Shown here: in pieces, positions 1 to 10,078 of the stretch
How the letters are laid out: every line of letters starts with the position of its first letter
How positions within the stretch are numbered: the first letter of the stretch is position 1
Origin: Chthonomonadales bacterium
GTDB taxonomy: Bacteria; Armatimonadota; Chthonomonadetes; Chthonomonadales; CAJBBX01
DNA length: 64,000 nt
Reading direction: 5' to 3'
Assembly (NCBI GenBank): GCA_049967475.1
Contig: JBMFSQ010000008.1
Coordinates: forward strand, 32,001 to 96,000
The notes under the pieces: model-generated
What the model was told of the DNA's origin: nothing
Databases searched by the model: none
What the model saw: only the letters and a program-made list of their open reading frames with translations
Program-made: the position numbers and the translations under genes

Positions 1-1724
1 CTTGGGATCATCGCAAAGAACAGTACACTCTTGCGGCTCTGGAGCGAGAGGCGGAGAAGGGCCGAGAGTATTCTTGTGAGGCGCTCTATCTGGATCCAGG
101 ATGGGACACTGCCTTCGCGACCTTCCTTTGGGATGAGGACCGCTTGGGGGCCCAGGCGGATTTCGTTCGCGAACTGCGGCGCAAATACGATTTGGCGCTC
201 GCGCTGCATTGTCCGCTGGCCACTTGGATGTCGGTGCCCTTCATTATGGGTCCCAGCGGTGTAGACACGTGGCCTCCCGCAGCGAAGCGCATTCCGCCCG
301 AAATTTCCGATGCCGAGTTCCGAGTGCCTGCTGTGCGGAATGGACGCCGGAACCTCGCATTGATGCCGGCGGCCCGCGCCGAGGCGTCATCGGTCTACGA
401 CAATGGCCGCATGGAGATCCACCAAGTTGCCCACCTTAACGACGGATGGTACGGCAACGAGAGGAGTTGGATCGCGGGAGCCATGCCTGCTTGGGCTCAA
501 GTGGATCTTGGAGCAGTGTATCGCGTGGGTTCTGTGGCATTGGGGAATGAACACTTTCTGAGGTACACCGATCGGGCTGCTACCCACCTCAGGATCTACA
601 CTGCCCAATCTCATATGCCGTCTAGTTCGGATCTCGCCTGGGAACTGGCCGCAGACGTTGCCGGCCGCCGGCTGGCGGGAACAGAGGTGATTTCGTTTCC
701 GCCCCGGGAGGCGCAGTGGGTGCGCGTGGAAATCCTCGCCGCGGACGAGGGTCTGCCCCGGCTGGATGAGATCGAGGTGTATGAGGCGGATCCGTGCTCC
801 GAAGCGGACGCGGCCGCCTTCGAACGATCATGCCGGCGCGGACCTGCCCCAAAGCCGGCGTCAGACGGACCGCTGATCTGCCTGGGTTCGCGCCAATATC
901 TGGACGAGGCGGAGAAGCGGCTGCTGAAGCTCTGTTCCGATGGGGCAGTGTTCCTGATGTTCGATGGCAACTGGTGGAATGGCGGCTGCATCAACCCGGA
1001 TCACGGTCACCCCGTCCCCTATACATGGGAAGATCACATCCAGGCCAATCTGACCCTTGCCAGGAGGATCCATGCGCACTTCCCGCGCGTGTTCATCGAG
1101 ATGCACGATATGCTTGCCGGCGGGAGCCCAGTGCGCATGACGCCTGTTTATGCCGGGTATTCCCAGCCCGGAAGCTACAACGATAACTGGGGCTTCGAGC
1201 TGATGTGGGATCCCATGGCAGATATCAAAGAAGGACGCGCAGAGGCGCTCTACGACTACAATCTGGGATGTAACGTGCCTCTGTACCTGCACATTGACCT
1301 TCGCAAGGACAACCGCCACTGCCTGGTGCTTTGGTGGTATGCGTCTACATGCCGCCATCTTGGGATCGGAGGGACCCATGCCGATGCGACTGTGGCGGTC
1401 GCCCAAAAGGCTGCAATGAAGCGGTACCGGTCCCTGGAGCGCTTCTTCAAACGGGGTGACTTTTTCGGCATCAATCCCCAGATCCATCTTCACGTGCTGC
1501 CTCGCGAGCACGCGGCTGTGATCGTCCTCTTCAACCTTTCGGATCGCCCCGAAACCGTCGCGGGCGCCATCGGATTAGGCGAGGTTGGGTTGGACCCTGG
1601 TATGCGGTACCGCAGCGATAACGCGAGCGTACAGGTTCGCGATGGGAGGCTGTTGGTGTCAGCCGATCTCGAGCCGTGGGATGCTGCCGTTGCCTTCGTT
1701 CGGCCGGCAGATGGCAGCGAATGA
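1..1724 (+). CDS. GH36/clan-D-like glycoside hydrolase (alpha-galactosidase-like) with internal F5/8 type C (CBM32-like) domain; 5'-truncated by the window edge
   Basis: The frame is open from position 3 (WDHRKEQY...EALYLDPGWD). LYLDPGWD and FLMFDG resemble the GH36 motifs FVLDDGW and YIKWD. A discoidin-like segment NLAL...WAQVDLG...WVRVEI...LDEIEVYE lies at about 351-786. Confidence 0.65.
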   Translation, partial: WDHRKEQYTLAALEREAEKGREYSCEALYLDPGWDTAFATFLWDEDRLGAQADFVRELRRKYDLALALHCPLATWMSVPFIMGPSGVDTWPPAAKRIPPEISDAEFRVPAVRNGRRNLALMPAARAEASSVYDNGRMEIHQVAHLNDGWYGNERSWIAGAMPAWAQVDLGAVYRVGSVALGNEHFLRYTDRAATHLRIYTAQSHMPSSSDLAWELAADVAGRRLAGTEVISFPPREAQWVRVEILAADEGLPRLDEIEVYEADPCSEADAAAFERSCRRGPAPKPASDGPLICLGSRQYLDEAEKRLLKLCSDGAVFLMFDGNWWNGGCINPDHGHPVPYTWEDHIQANLTLARRIHAHFPRVFIEMHDMLAGGSPVRMTPVYAGYSQPGSYNDNWGFELMWDPMADIKEGRAEALYDYNLGCNVPLYLHIDLRKDNRHCLVLWWYASTCRHLGIGGTHADATVAVAQKAAMKRYRSLERFFKRGDFFGINPQIHLHVLPREHAAVIVLFNLSDRPETVAGAIGLGEVGLDPGMRYRSDNASVQVRDGRLLVSADLEPWDAAVAFVRPADGSE

Positions 1725-1829
1725 GGGAGGGCGCCTGTACCAGGGCATGGGGAGGCCCGTACTGATTTTGCCGGCTGGAAACAGGCGCTCCCGGCGGATA
1801 CTGATCCTTGGCGCGGATCTTGGCGTGGA

Positions 1830-2786
1830 ATGAAGGGTGTCCTTGCAATTGATGCGGGCGGCTCCAAGTGCGATGCCCTCCTGGTAACGCCGGCAGGGGA
1901 GGTAATCGGGTGGGGCCGATGGAGTGTACGTGACGCGGGCAGCGGGCGTGGGACAGGAGGCAGCGGCCGTTCCGGTGCCACTGTGCGCCGGGCGGTGCAG
2001 CAGGCCTTACGCCAGGCGAAGGGTCTATCGGATCTGCACGTGGTGGGCTACGGCGCCTCTCCGAAGGACTTGGCCGAGTTCGCCGGGCGTGCCGGTGGTG
2101 TGCAATCCGTACGGGAATGTGATGCGGCCATGGCCCTGGCCGGCATCGAAGCAGGCGTTGTGGCGCTGGCTGGGACAGGCGCCTTCGTGTATGGGCGTCG
2201 GCCGGACGGCAAGGAGGTCCATCTGGATGCGCTGGGACCCCTGCTTGGCGATTATGGAAGCGGGTATCACATCGGGTTGATGGCAATTCGGGCGGCGGCG
2301 AAGGCTTCGTGGCATCCAAGACACGCCACGTCTCTGGAGGTGCCGGTGCTCGAAGCGTGCCAGGCTTTTTCCGGCCAATCCGAGGGCTTCCACTTGGTGG
2401 CCTACATGTTGGGCAACCCGGATCGCGCGGAAGTCGCCTCCCTGGCCGAGTTGGTGAACGCGCACGCGGAAGCCGGTGATCGGCATGCGCGATCCATCCT
2501 CGAGACAGCTGCCGATGAATTGGCCGAGACACTGCGCGATGTAGTGGACCTGCTGAACATAGCCTCGGAGCTGCTGCCGCTTGTAGGAACGGGAGGCGTG
2601 ATTACCGGATCGCATCTGTATTGGGAGCATTTCTGCTTGCGGTGCCGAGAGTTCGCTCCCGGATTGGAACCCCGTCTGGCGCCTGGTCCCCTGGTGGCCG
2701 GAGTGGCCCTGCTCGGGTTGAAACATTTGGGTAAAGTGGATGACCTGATCCGCAGGCGATTGCTTGGGGCTCTCGCCGGCAGGTAG
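1830..2786 (+). CDS. BadF/BadG/BcrA/BcrD-family sugar (N-acetylglucosamine-type) kinase
   Basis: AIDAGGSK phosphate-1 motif, LAGTGA, GPLLGDYGSGY and VGTGGV ASKHA motifs. Confidence 0.85.
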   Translation: MKGVLAIDAGGSKCDALLVTPAGEVIGWGRWSVRDAGSGRGTGGSGRSGATVRRAVQQALRQAKGLSDLHVVGYGASPKDLAEFAGRAGGVQSVRECDAAMALAGIEAGVVALAGTGAFVYGRRPDGKEVHLDALGPLLGDYGSGYHIGLMAIRAAAKASWHPRHATSLEVPVLEACQAFSGQSEGFHLVAYMLGNPDRAEVASLAELVNAHAEAGDRHARSILETAADELAETLRDVVDLLNIASELLPLVGTGGVITGSHLYWEHFCLRCREFAPGLEPRLAPGPLVAGVALLGLKHLGKVDDLIRRRLLGALAGR

Positions 2787-2968
2787 GCGCGGGAGGGGCG
2801 CATCGCGTCGCGCTTTTGCATTAGACCACGTGGTGCCCATCACCTCATCCGTGGAGGCTGGAAACGGAGCTTTGCTCCGAAACCGCAGCAGGGCTGCAGG
2901 GCGCGGGTGCCCTACTCCGAGAGCCGGGCAGAATGGAGATGCCGCAACGTATCGCCAAGGAGGAGAGG

Positions 2969-3709
2969 ATGGAGCAATTCCAATATCTTAACGCCGTACG
3001 CCGCGTGATGGATCACTTGGGATCCACGCAAGCGCCAGCGATAGACGCTGCTGCGGATCTGGTGTGCGAGGCTCTTACCAACAAGCAAGCAGTATTCTGT
3101 GCGGATATCGGCCACGGCATCCAAGGAGATTTTGTGAACCGGGCTGGGGGCTTGGCCGCAGTACGCGCCTTCTCCTACGGCTTTACACTTAACGACGCGG
3201 TTGCAGAGTGCCTTAAGGATCGGCCGCGGCGCGTGCCGGTGGAGCGCGACCTGGAAACGGTGCGCCTCGCGGTGCGGTGCAGCAATCTGCGGGCTGGGGA
3301 CGTGATGCTGATCGGATCCGTTTCTGGGCGGAACCGGGTTCCCGTGGAGCTGGCGCTGGCGTGCAACGAGATGGGTGTCCGCGTTGTGGGTCTAACCTCA
3401 ATGGAGTACACCCGGGCAGTGGAGAGTTTACACCCATCGGGCAGGAAGCTCTGTGATGTTTCCGACGTGGTGATTGACATCGGCGCACCCTTTGGGGATG
3501 CCGCCGTGGAGATACCCGGCCTCGAAGTGCCCGTGTTGCCCGTGTCCGGCGTGGCATTCGCCTTGTGCGGCTGGATGCTTTGGGAGCGCACGATGCAGAA
3601 GATGATTGCCGTGGGGAAGCCTCCCACGGTGTTCATGAGCGTGAACCGACCTGGTGGGGAAGATCACTATAAACGGAGTTTGCAACGGTACGATGAGGTG
3701 GGCTATTGA
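2969..3709 (+). CDS. SIS-domain (sugar isomerase, UPF0309-like) protein, divergent paralog
   Basis: RAGGL, GDV..IGSVSGRN.VPVELAL, HPSGRKL.D..DVVID and GDAAV motifs. ATG at 2969 follows a GGAGGAGAGG SD. Confidence 0.85.
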   Translation: MEQFQYLNAVRRVMDHLGSTQAPAIDAAADLVCEALTNKQAVFCADIGHGIQGDFVNRAGGLAAVRAFSYGFTLNDAVAECLKDRPRRVPVERDLETVRLAVRCSNLRAGDVMLIGSVSGRNRVPVELALACNEMGVRVVGLTSMEYTRAVESLHPSGRKLCDVSDVVIDIGAPFGDAAVEIPGLEVPVLPVSGVAFALCGWMLWERTMQKMIAVGKPPTVFMSVNRPGGEDHYKRSLQRYDEVGY

Positions 3710-3943
3710 CGCAGAGGTGCGGGAGGGGATCTCTCAAGCGTCGTGAGGATATTTCGCAGGTTGCTGGGAGAGGCCAAACCGTATGGGGAAGGGCATTGCC
3801 GGGGAAGCGGGGCGTTCCAAACGTTCATCCGGGAGTAGGGCCGCACAACGACGGGCCCGTACATCGCGGTCGGGCATTTGCCCTCTGTGGTCCCCCATGG
3901 ACAGGCGGACGGGGAATTTGCACAGTAAAGGAGCACCGACATC

Positions 3944-4684
3944 ATGTCTGCAGATGCGTACTTCCAATCGGCCATTTCAGCCATCGAACGCGCTCGGGAC
4001 ACTCAATCCGAGGCAATCCGGGAGGCCGCGGGGATGATGGCCCAGGTCATTGCCGCCGACGGAAGCATTTATGCGTTCGGCGCCAGCCATTCCTTCATCA
4101 TCGCCGAGGAGATGGTTTACCGCACCGGCGGCCTCATGCTGATCAACCCCATCTATCCTCATGGGATGAGTTTGATGGTTCGGCCGGCGCCCCTTACGTC
4201 GCGCCTGGAACGGCTACCCGGCTTCGGGGCTGAGCTTCTAGCGGCATCACCCGTTCAAGCTGGCGACGTGCTTATCATTGCATCTACTTCCGGGCGTAAT
4301 CCCGTTGTTGTGGATCTGGCCCTCGCTGCGCGTGAACGGGGTGTGCGCATCGTGGGGATTACTTCGGTGGCTTATACCCAGCAGGTGTCCAGTCGGCACG
4401 CCTCCGGAAAGAAGCTCATAGACCTGTGCGACGTCGTGATTGATAACTGCGCGCCGGCAGGAGATGCCGCAGTGGAAATAGCCGGGTTCCCGCAAAAGGT
4501 GAGCCCTCTCTCTACGGTCACAGGTTGTGCCATCGTGAATGCCTTGGTTGCCGAGACTGTGGCCCGCCTGGTGGAACTGGGGATCGAGCCGCCGGTCTTT
4601 ATCAGCGCCAACCTCGATGGAGGGGACGAGCACAATGCGCGCCTTCTTGCTGCCAACCGCCACCGCATCCACTACCTGGATTAA
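3944..4684 (+). CDS. SIS-domain (UPF0309-like) sugar phosphate isomerase family protein
   Basis: FGASHS..IAEE..YRTGGL, STSGRN, SRHASGKKL, DN..PAGDA and PPVFISAN motifs; AAGGAG SD. Confidence 0.88.
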   Translation: MSADAYFQSAISAIERARDTQSEAIREAAGMMAQVIAADGSIYAFGASHSFIIAEEMVYRTGGLMLINPIYPHGMSLMVRPAPLTSRLERLPGFGAELLAASPVQAGDVLIIASTSGRNPVVVDLALAARERGVRIVGITSVAYTQQVSSRHASGKKLIDLCDVVIDNCAPAGDAAVEIAGFPQKVSPLSTVTGCAIVNALVAETVARLVELGIEPPVFISANLDGGDEHNARLLAANRHRIHYLD

Positions 4685-6096
4685 GCCCATGCTCGGCGTA
4701 TCTGGGGCACGGGTTCACCCGCCGCCTGCATGCGTCGTATAAGGGTTTCCGCCAGCTCCTCCAGCACGGTGCGATATTCCGGTTGATCCGCCAGATTGCG
4801 GGTTTCCCAGGGATCTTCCTTCAGATCGTACAGGTACTGATCCTGGTACGCACGAGCCGAGGGCTCCCTCCACCCGTCATGGCCGGGCGCAGTGACCCCA
4901 TATTTCCAGCGCTTCGTTCGGACGGCCCTGCCGACTTGGCTCTCGCTAATCTGGATGAAAACCTCCTGCGGCCAACTCTTTCGCCGGCCGTGGATGAGGG
5001 GGAGGATGCTCTGCCCTACAAAGTCGGTAGGAACCTTGATCCCCGCTGCGTCCAGAAGGGTGGCAGACCAGTCCGGAATGGAGACGAGTTCGTTCACTAT
5101 ATGGCCGCCTGCGAAGCCGGGCCCGGCAAACACAGTGGGCACGCGTATGGAGCTTTCGTGGCAGCTTCGCTTGTACTCGTCGTTGCGGGTGCGAAAATGA
5201 CAGCCGTGGTCACTGGCAAAGAGAAGGATGGTATCCTTGCGGAGGCCAAGCTCGTCCAGGGCAGTTACGACGCGCCCGAGGTTCTCGTCCAGGTTGGCGC
5301 ACATGCCGTAGTAATCGGGAAGCTCCTGGGGCCAGTCTCCTTTACCGGCATGCACGAGGTCCGGCGGCGCGTAGAGGTTCTTCCTGTAGCGGTCCGCGTA
5401 TCCGTTGGGCGCCACAAAGCGCTTCATATCATTCTGGAAGTGGGGTTCTAGGTAACTTACGAAGAGAAAGAAGGGACGGGTCGCCTGGCCTGCCTGGCGG
5501 TGGAGAAAATCCAGCACGCAGTCGGTTTGGGCATCCACGCGGTAACCCGGGCGGTGATAGGGCCGATTTTCAGTGTCGAACACGCGGAAATCATAGGGAT
5601 GGGACGTCATCTCCAGGACGTCGGCTGCGAGCCACTCCGCATATCCTCCCCGCAATTCGCGCGGGACCGGCTTGACGCCGGTGCAGGCCAGGTGCCACTT
5701 TCCGATGTACGCCGTGTGATACCCTGCTTCGGCAAAATAGTGGGCCAGCGTTTTATGGTTCGGAGTTAGGGGAAGACCGTTGCGCCACACACCGTGCTGG
5801 GTTCCATACCTCCCGGTCTGCAGGCACGCTCTCGCCGGTGCGCAAACAGGCTGTACGGTAAAGGAATGCCGAACCAAGGTTCCCTCGGCTGCCAGCCGAT
5901 CCAGGTTTGGTGTGAGGTTCAGCGGAGTGTCATGGTAGCATCCGCAGGTGTCCCACCGCTGCTGGTCTGTAAAGAAGACCACCACGTTGGGCTGACGTCC
6001 ATGCATCTTTCGTCTCCCTGAAGGGTCGAACTTGGGCTGCGCTGCCGGGACCAGCGACGCGGCGCCCAGCCCGATAAGTTGCCGGCGTGAGATCAT
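4681..6096 (-). CDS. Tat-exported Cys-type sulfatase
   Basis: N-terminal SRRQLI twin-arginine signal, DQQR, CAPARA (CxPxR), GKWHL and SDHG motifs. Its stop codon overlaps the SIS gene stop (TTAA). Confidence 0.92.
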   Translation of the reverse strand: MISRRQLIGLGAASLVPAAQPKFDPSGRRKMHGRQPNVVVFFTDQQRWDTCGCYHDTPLNLTPNLDRLAAEGTLVRHSFTVQPVCAPARACLQTGRYGTQHGVWRNGLPLTPNHKTLAHYFAEAGYHTAYIGKWHLACTGVKPVPRELRGGYAEWLAADVLEMTSHPYDFRVFDTENRPYHRPGYRVDAQTDCVLDFLHRQAGQATRPFFLFVSYLEPHFQNDMKRFVAPNGYADRYRKNLYAPPDLVHAGKGDWPQELPDYYGMCANLDENLGRVVTALDELGLRKDTILLFASDHGCHFRTRNDEYKRSCHESSIRVPTVFAGPGFAGGHIVNELVSIPDWSATLLDAAGIKVPTDFVGQSILPLIHGRRKSWPQEVFIQISESQVGRAVRTKRWKYGVTAPGHDGWREPSARAYQDQYLYDLKEDPWETRNLADQPEYRTVLEELAETLIRRMQAAGEPVPQIRRAWA

Positions 6097-6387
6097 TTCT
6101 CAAAGCCTCCGTGCCCCTATGACACGTTCCAGAGATTTTGTCCCTAGAACCATGTCTTGTGTAGCGCCACAATCGGACCTTGGTCGCCCATTGGGCAAGT
6201 TCGCCCGACGAAGATAGTTCTCCTTCTGCACGGGAAGGCGGACGCACGGGGTGGAGGGTGGAACCGCTTTGGGCTTCTCGCCTTTGCCCCCAGGGCGTGG
6301 ATGAGTCCGTCGCAGCCGATGGAAGCATAGTGACGGACCGGGTCGGGTGCGCGCCAGGCGGTCCCAGGGATGCGGGATCCGAACGCG

Positions 6388-7656
6388 TCAGCTTGCTTGG
6401 CGCAGATCCGACACGGTAAGGATCTGAGGTTCTTCCGTGCCGCGCACAGTTCCCTCGGTAATGATGCAGCGCTTGACGTCTTTAGAGGAGGGGATTTCGT
6501 ACATGATATTCATCATCACCTCCTCTACGATCGTGCGCAGGGCTCTGGCCCCGGTAGCCCGCTTCATAGCCTCTTGTGCGATCGCACGGAGGGCCTCCTC
6601 CTGGAACACCAGTTCGACGCCGTCGAACTCGAAGAATTTGCTGTACTGCTTGGTAAGAGCATTTTTGGGCTCGACCAAAATCTTCACGAGGGCATCTTCG
6701 TCCAGTGGAGTGAGCGTGGCTACGACGGGAAGCCTTCCAATGAACTCGGGGATGAGGCCGAAGCGGAGAAGATCCTCAGGCATCACCTGAGCAAGGATCT
6801 CTCCTAAGTTCTCGTCCCGAACGGCCTTCGCTTCGGGATGAGCGCGGAAGCCCATGGCGCGTTTGGAGAGACGCTGTTCGATCATGCGGTCGAGCCCCTC
6901 AAAGGCGCCGCCGCAGATAAAGAGGATGTTGGACGTGTCTACCTGCACATATTCCTGCTGCGGGTGCTTCCGACCCCCCTGAGGAGGAACGTTTGCCACC
7001 GTACCCTCCAGGATCTTGAGGAGGGCTTGCTGCACCCCCTCGCCGCTTACATCCCTTGTGATGGAGGGGTTCTCAGACTTGCGCGTGATCTTGTCTATCT
7101 CATCAATGTAGACGATGCCGCGCTGAGCATTCCGCACGGTTTCTTGGATGGATCCCCCGGTGTCGGCGGCCTGCAGCAGCTTCAGAAGGATATTCTCTAC
7201 GTCTTCCCCGACGTACCCGGCCTCGGTAAGAGACGTTGCATCCGCGATGGCGAAGGGCACGTTGAGGATGCGTGCGAGCGTTTGGGCAAGGAGCGTCTTT
7301 CCGGAGCCAGTGGGGCCGATGAGGAGGATGTTGGATTTCTGAAGTTCTACGTCGCCGGCTGGGGCATTGATGCGCTTGAAATGGTTGTATACCGCCACAG
7401 CGAGGATGCGCTTGGCACGCTCCTGGCCTACAACGTACTGGCTTAGGATGCGGTAGATTTCCTTCGGTTTGGGGATGGCTCCGAGCGTGCCGAAACGGTC
7501 GGCGGCGTCCTCTTCACTCCGAATGATTTCGTTGCATAGGGCGATGCACTCCACGCATACACCGCCGTAGATCCCTACGATGAGCTTCTTGACCTGCTCA
7601 CGGCTCTTCCCGCAAAGCACACAGCGTTTTTCGCCCAGCTCGTGCATCCTCGCCAA
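6388..7656 (-). CDS. clpX: ATP-dependent Clp protease ATP-binding subunit ClpX
   Basis: N-terminal C4 Zn domain, [21 protein letters not shown] and [22 protein letters not shown] start after GGAGG. Confidence 0.98.
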   Translation of the reverse strand: MARMHELGEKRCVLCGKSREQVKKLIVGIYGGVCVECIALCNEIIRSEEDAADRFGTLGAIPKPKEIYRILSQYVVGQERAKRILAVAVYNHFKRINAPAGDVELQKSNILLIGPTGSGKTLLAQTLARILNVPFAIADATSLTEAGYVGEDVENILLKLLQAADTGGSIQETVRNAQRGIVYIDEIDKITRKSENPSITRDVSGEGVQQALLKILEGTVANVPPQGGRKHPQQEYVQVDTSNILFICGGAFEGLDRMIEQRLSKRAMGFRAHPEAKAVRDENLGEILAQVMPEDLLRFGLIPEFIGRLPVVATLTPLDEDALVKILVEPKNALTKQYSKFFEFDGVELVFQEEALRAIAQEAMKRATGARALRTIVEEVMMNIMYEIPSSKDVKRCIITEGTVRGTEEPQILTVSDLRQAS

Positions 7657-7780
7657 AGTCTTCGTCCTCCCGTAAGGGGCGGATTAGATGTGCGTCCACA
7701 ATCTTCCTCCCCTTCAGGGGAGAATTCCGGGCGGCGCGGTAGCCATCCCTCGCCGGCAACGTCATCCCTTAATCATCGGT

Positions 7781-8386
7781 TTACCGGTCGCCCTTCTCGA
7801 ACACTTTGTCAATCAGGCCATATTCCACCGCTTCGTGGGCCGAAAGCCAGTAATCCCGGTCGCAATCCCTCCGTACCTTTTCGATGGGTTGCCCTGTGTG
7901 CTCGCTGATAATCTGCATGAGTGTTTCGTGCGCCTTGTTCATCTCTTCGAGCTGGATGCGGGCATCGGCGAAGGTACCCTGGTAGCCTCCGGCCACCTGG
8001 TGGAGCATGATGCGGGCGTGGGGAAGGGAATACCTTTTTCCTTTGGCTCCGCCGGCCAGAAGCACTGCTCCCATGGACGCAGCCCACCCCACGCAGATGG
8101 TGGCTACGTCGCACTTGACGATCTGCATGGTGTCATAGATGGCCAATCCGGCGGACACACTGCCGCCCGGACTGTTGATGTAAAGATCAATGTCGCTGTC
8201 CGGATCTTCGCGTTCCAGGAAGAGAAGTTCTGCGATGACGAGGTTGGCTAGGTGGTCGTCAATGGCGTCTCCAATGAAGATCACGCGGTCCTTCAGGAGG
8301 CGCGAATAGATATCATAAGCTCTCTCTCCCCGGGCGCTCTGTTCTACAACCATCGGGATGACGGCGTCTATCTTAGCAGGCTTCAT
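7781..8386 (-). CDS. clpP: ATP-dependent Clp protease proteolytic subunit ClpP
   Basis: [25 protein letters not shown] and DRD catalytic-triad motifs. Confidence 0.98.
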   Translation of the reverse strand: MKPAKIDAVIPMVVEQSARGERAYDIYSRLLKDRVIFIGDAIDDHLANLVIAELLFLEREDPDSDIDLYINSPGGSVSAGLAIYDTMQIVKCDVATICVGWAASMGAVLLAGGAKGKRYSLPHARIMLHQVAGGYQGTFADARIQLEEMNKAHETLMQIISEHTGQPIEKVRRDCDRDYWLSAHEAVEYGLIDKVFEKGDR

Positions 8387-8546
8387 ACTGAGTACCTCAT
8401 CGTGTGGTTCTATATCCTCTCGCCCGAGCGAGCAATCTCACGCCATTCCCGGCCGCGGATCGGATGGATGCGGCGCTTCCTCTGAATGCGAGAGCATTGT
8501 TGCCGACTGCGGTGCGTGCCTTACTTGCAAAAAGGACCTCCTCGCC

Positions 8547-9878
8547 TCAGGCACTTTGATCGGGAGCCGAGGATGGCGCTGCGTCCTCCGGGACGGGAAC
8601 GTCTTTGATCGCTACTTTGCTGAAAAGGAAATCCCGGATCTTCTGGTCTCGCAGGTTGGTATAGGTGCGGAGCCTCACCTCGCGATCCTTCTTGAGGTCA
8701 TTGCGGACTTCACCGGATACATTATTGGCATCCAAGAGGCGATCCAGCTCCGCTTCGAGCTCTTCATGGCTTGCGAAAAGTTCGTGGGCAGCCGCGATCT
8801 CGTTGAGGATCAGTGTGCGCACAAGGCGCCGCTCGGCTGCTTGGGCGATCTGGTTGAACAATGCTTCCTCGGTGATGCCGTTCTGCTTCATGTATTCATC
8901 TATGGTGAGCCCTTCTTCGGACAACGCTTGCGTCAGGCGAACATATTCATCTTTCATCTTCCGCTCAAGAAGGATGGCCGGGTAGTGCACCTCCGACCGG
9001 CGCTGGAGTTCATCGAGGATGCGCTGGAGGGTGATGCGGTCACTTTGCTCCCGCAAATTCTCTTCCATCTTGGTTAGGATGTCGGACCGAAGTTCGTCTA
9101 CAGACGCATACCTCGTGTTCTTCTGGATCCATTCATCCGTAAGTTCCGGGAGGACACGTTCATTGATGGCGAGTACTTTCACAAGGAAGCGGGCTTTTTT
9201 GCCGGCGAGGTTCTGGTCTTCGTAGTCGTTCGGGTAGTCAAGCTCGAAGGTGCGCTCCTCGCCCACTTCCATGCCCATGACTGCATCGTCAAATCCTGGA
9301 ATATTCCTTCCCATGCGGATGAGGCTGCGTTTGACTTCGCCTTGAGGCTCGCCTTCGGGCGTTATGGAGATCTCTGCCACCAGCACGTCGCCCTCTTTTA
9401 CCCCTCGTCCTGTGACGGCGGAGAGGGAGGCATTCTCTTCCAGCATGGATCGGATGGCGTTGTCTAGGTCGTCCTCTGTCACATGGACTACGGGCCGCTC
9501 TACCGTGATGCCCTCCAGGTTGCCGAGGGTTACCTTCGGTGGAAGGGGCACTTTGGCGGTGAACCGAAAAGGCTGACCTAATTCAAAGTCGTCATATTCG
9601 ATGTCGGGCCGGTCATAGGGCTCGATCTGTTCCTGCCGGATAGCCTCGGAGTAGGCGGTATCGGCCAGGAAGTTGGCCGTGCGTTTGTTGACCCTCTCGG
9701 GATCCAGATATCGTTCCACGAAGGGGCGGGGCGCTTTGCCGGGCCGAAAACCAGGCACTTCCACGCTCTTGGCCATTTGACGCACGATGCGCTCGCGGGC
9801 TTGGCGGACGGTGTCGGGATCTACTTCAATTGTGAGCGTGATCATGCAGGGGTCGCTCTGTTCCCTGGTGACCTGCAT
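8547..9878 (-). CDS. tig: Trigger factor
   Basis: PGFRPGKAP ribosome-binding signature and FKBP-like IPGF...YP..Y..LAGK. ATG at 9878 follows AAAGGAGG; tig-clpP-clpX synteny. Confidence 0.96.
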   Translation of the reverse strand: MQVTREQSDPCMITLTIEVDPDTVRQARERIVRQMAKSVEVPGFRPGKAPRPFVERYLDPERVNKRTANFLADTAYSEAIRQEQIEPYDRPDIEYDDFELGQPFRFTAKVPLPPKVTLGNLEGITVERPVVHVTEDDLDNAIRSMLEENASLSAVTGRGVKEGDVLVAEISITPEGEPQGEVKRSLIRMGRNIPGFDDAVMGMEVGEERTFELDYPNDYEDQNLAGKKARFLVKVLAINERVLPELTDEWIQKNTRYASVDELRSDILTKMEENLREQSDRITLQRILDELQRRSEVHYPAILLERKMKDEYVRLTQALSEEGLTIDEYMKQNGITEEALFNQIAQAAERRLVRTLILNEIAAAHELFASHEELEAELDRLLDANNVSGEVRNDLKKDREVRLRTYTNLRDQKIRDFLFSKVAIKDVPVPEDAAPSSAPDQSA

Positions 9879-10008
9879 GGGACCTCCTTTGCAGCGGAAG
9901 GATGTGGCGATGCGGCCAAAAAGAGAGGATACGGGTGCAAGCCGCCGGTGCGGGGATGCAGCCTGTATCCCTGCGGTGCCGAAGATACACGTTGGAAACT
10001 CCGGGCAT

Positions 10009-10037
10009 ATTCTAGCATTCCCAAGGGCGAGTGTCAA
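10009..10037 (-). promoter_or_regulatory. sigma70-type promoter for tig-clpP-clpX
   Basis: Minus strand TTGACA-17 bp-TAGAAT with TG extension. Confidence 0.7.
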
Positions 10038-10078
10038 GGACGGCGGGTGGGTCAAACGGTCCCCGCGCCGCCTACGCA

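Noticed and set aside
3710..3943. 234-nt gap between the SIS genes as a possible riboswitch or small ORF
   Set aside because: No recognisable aptamer consensus, strong stem or credible ORF.
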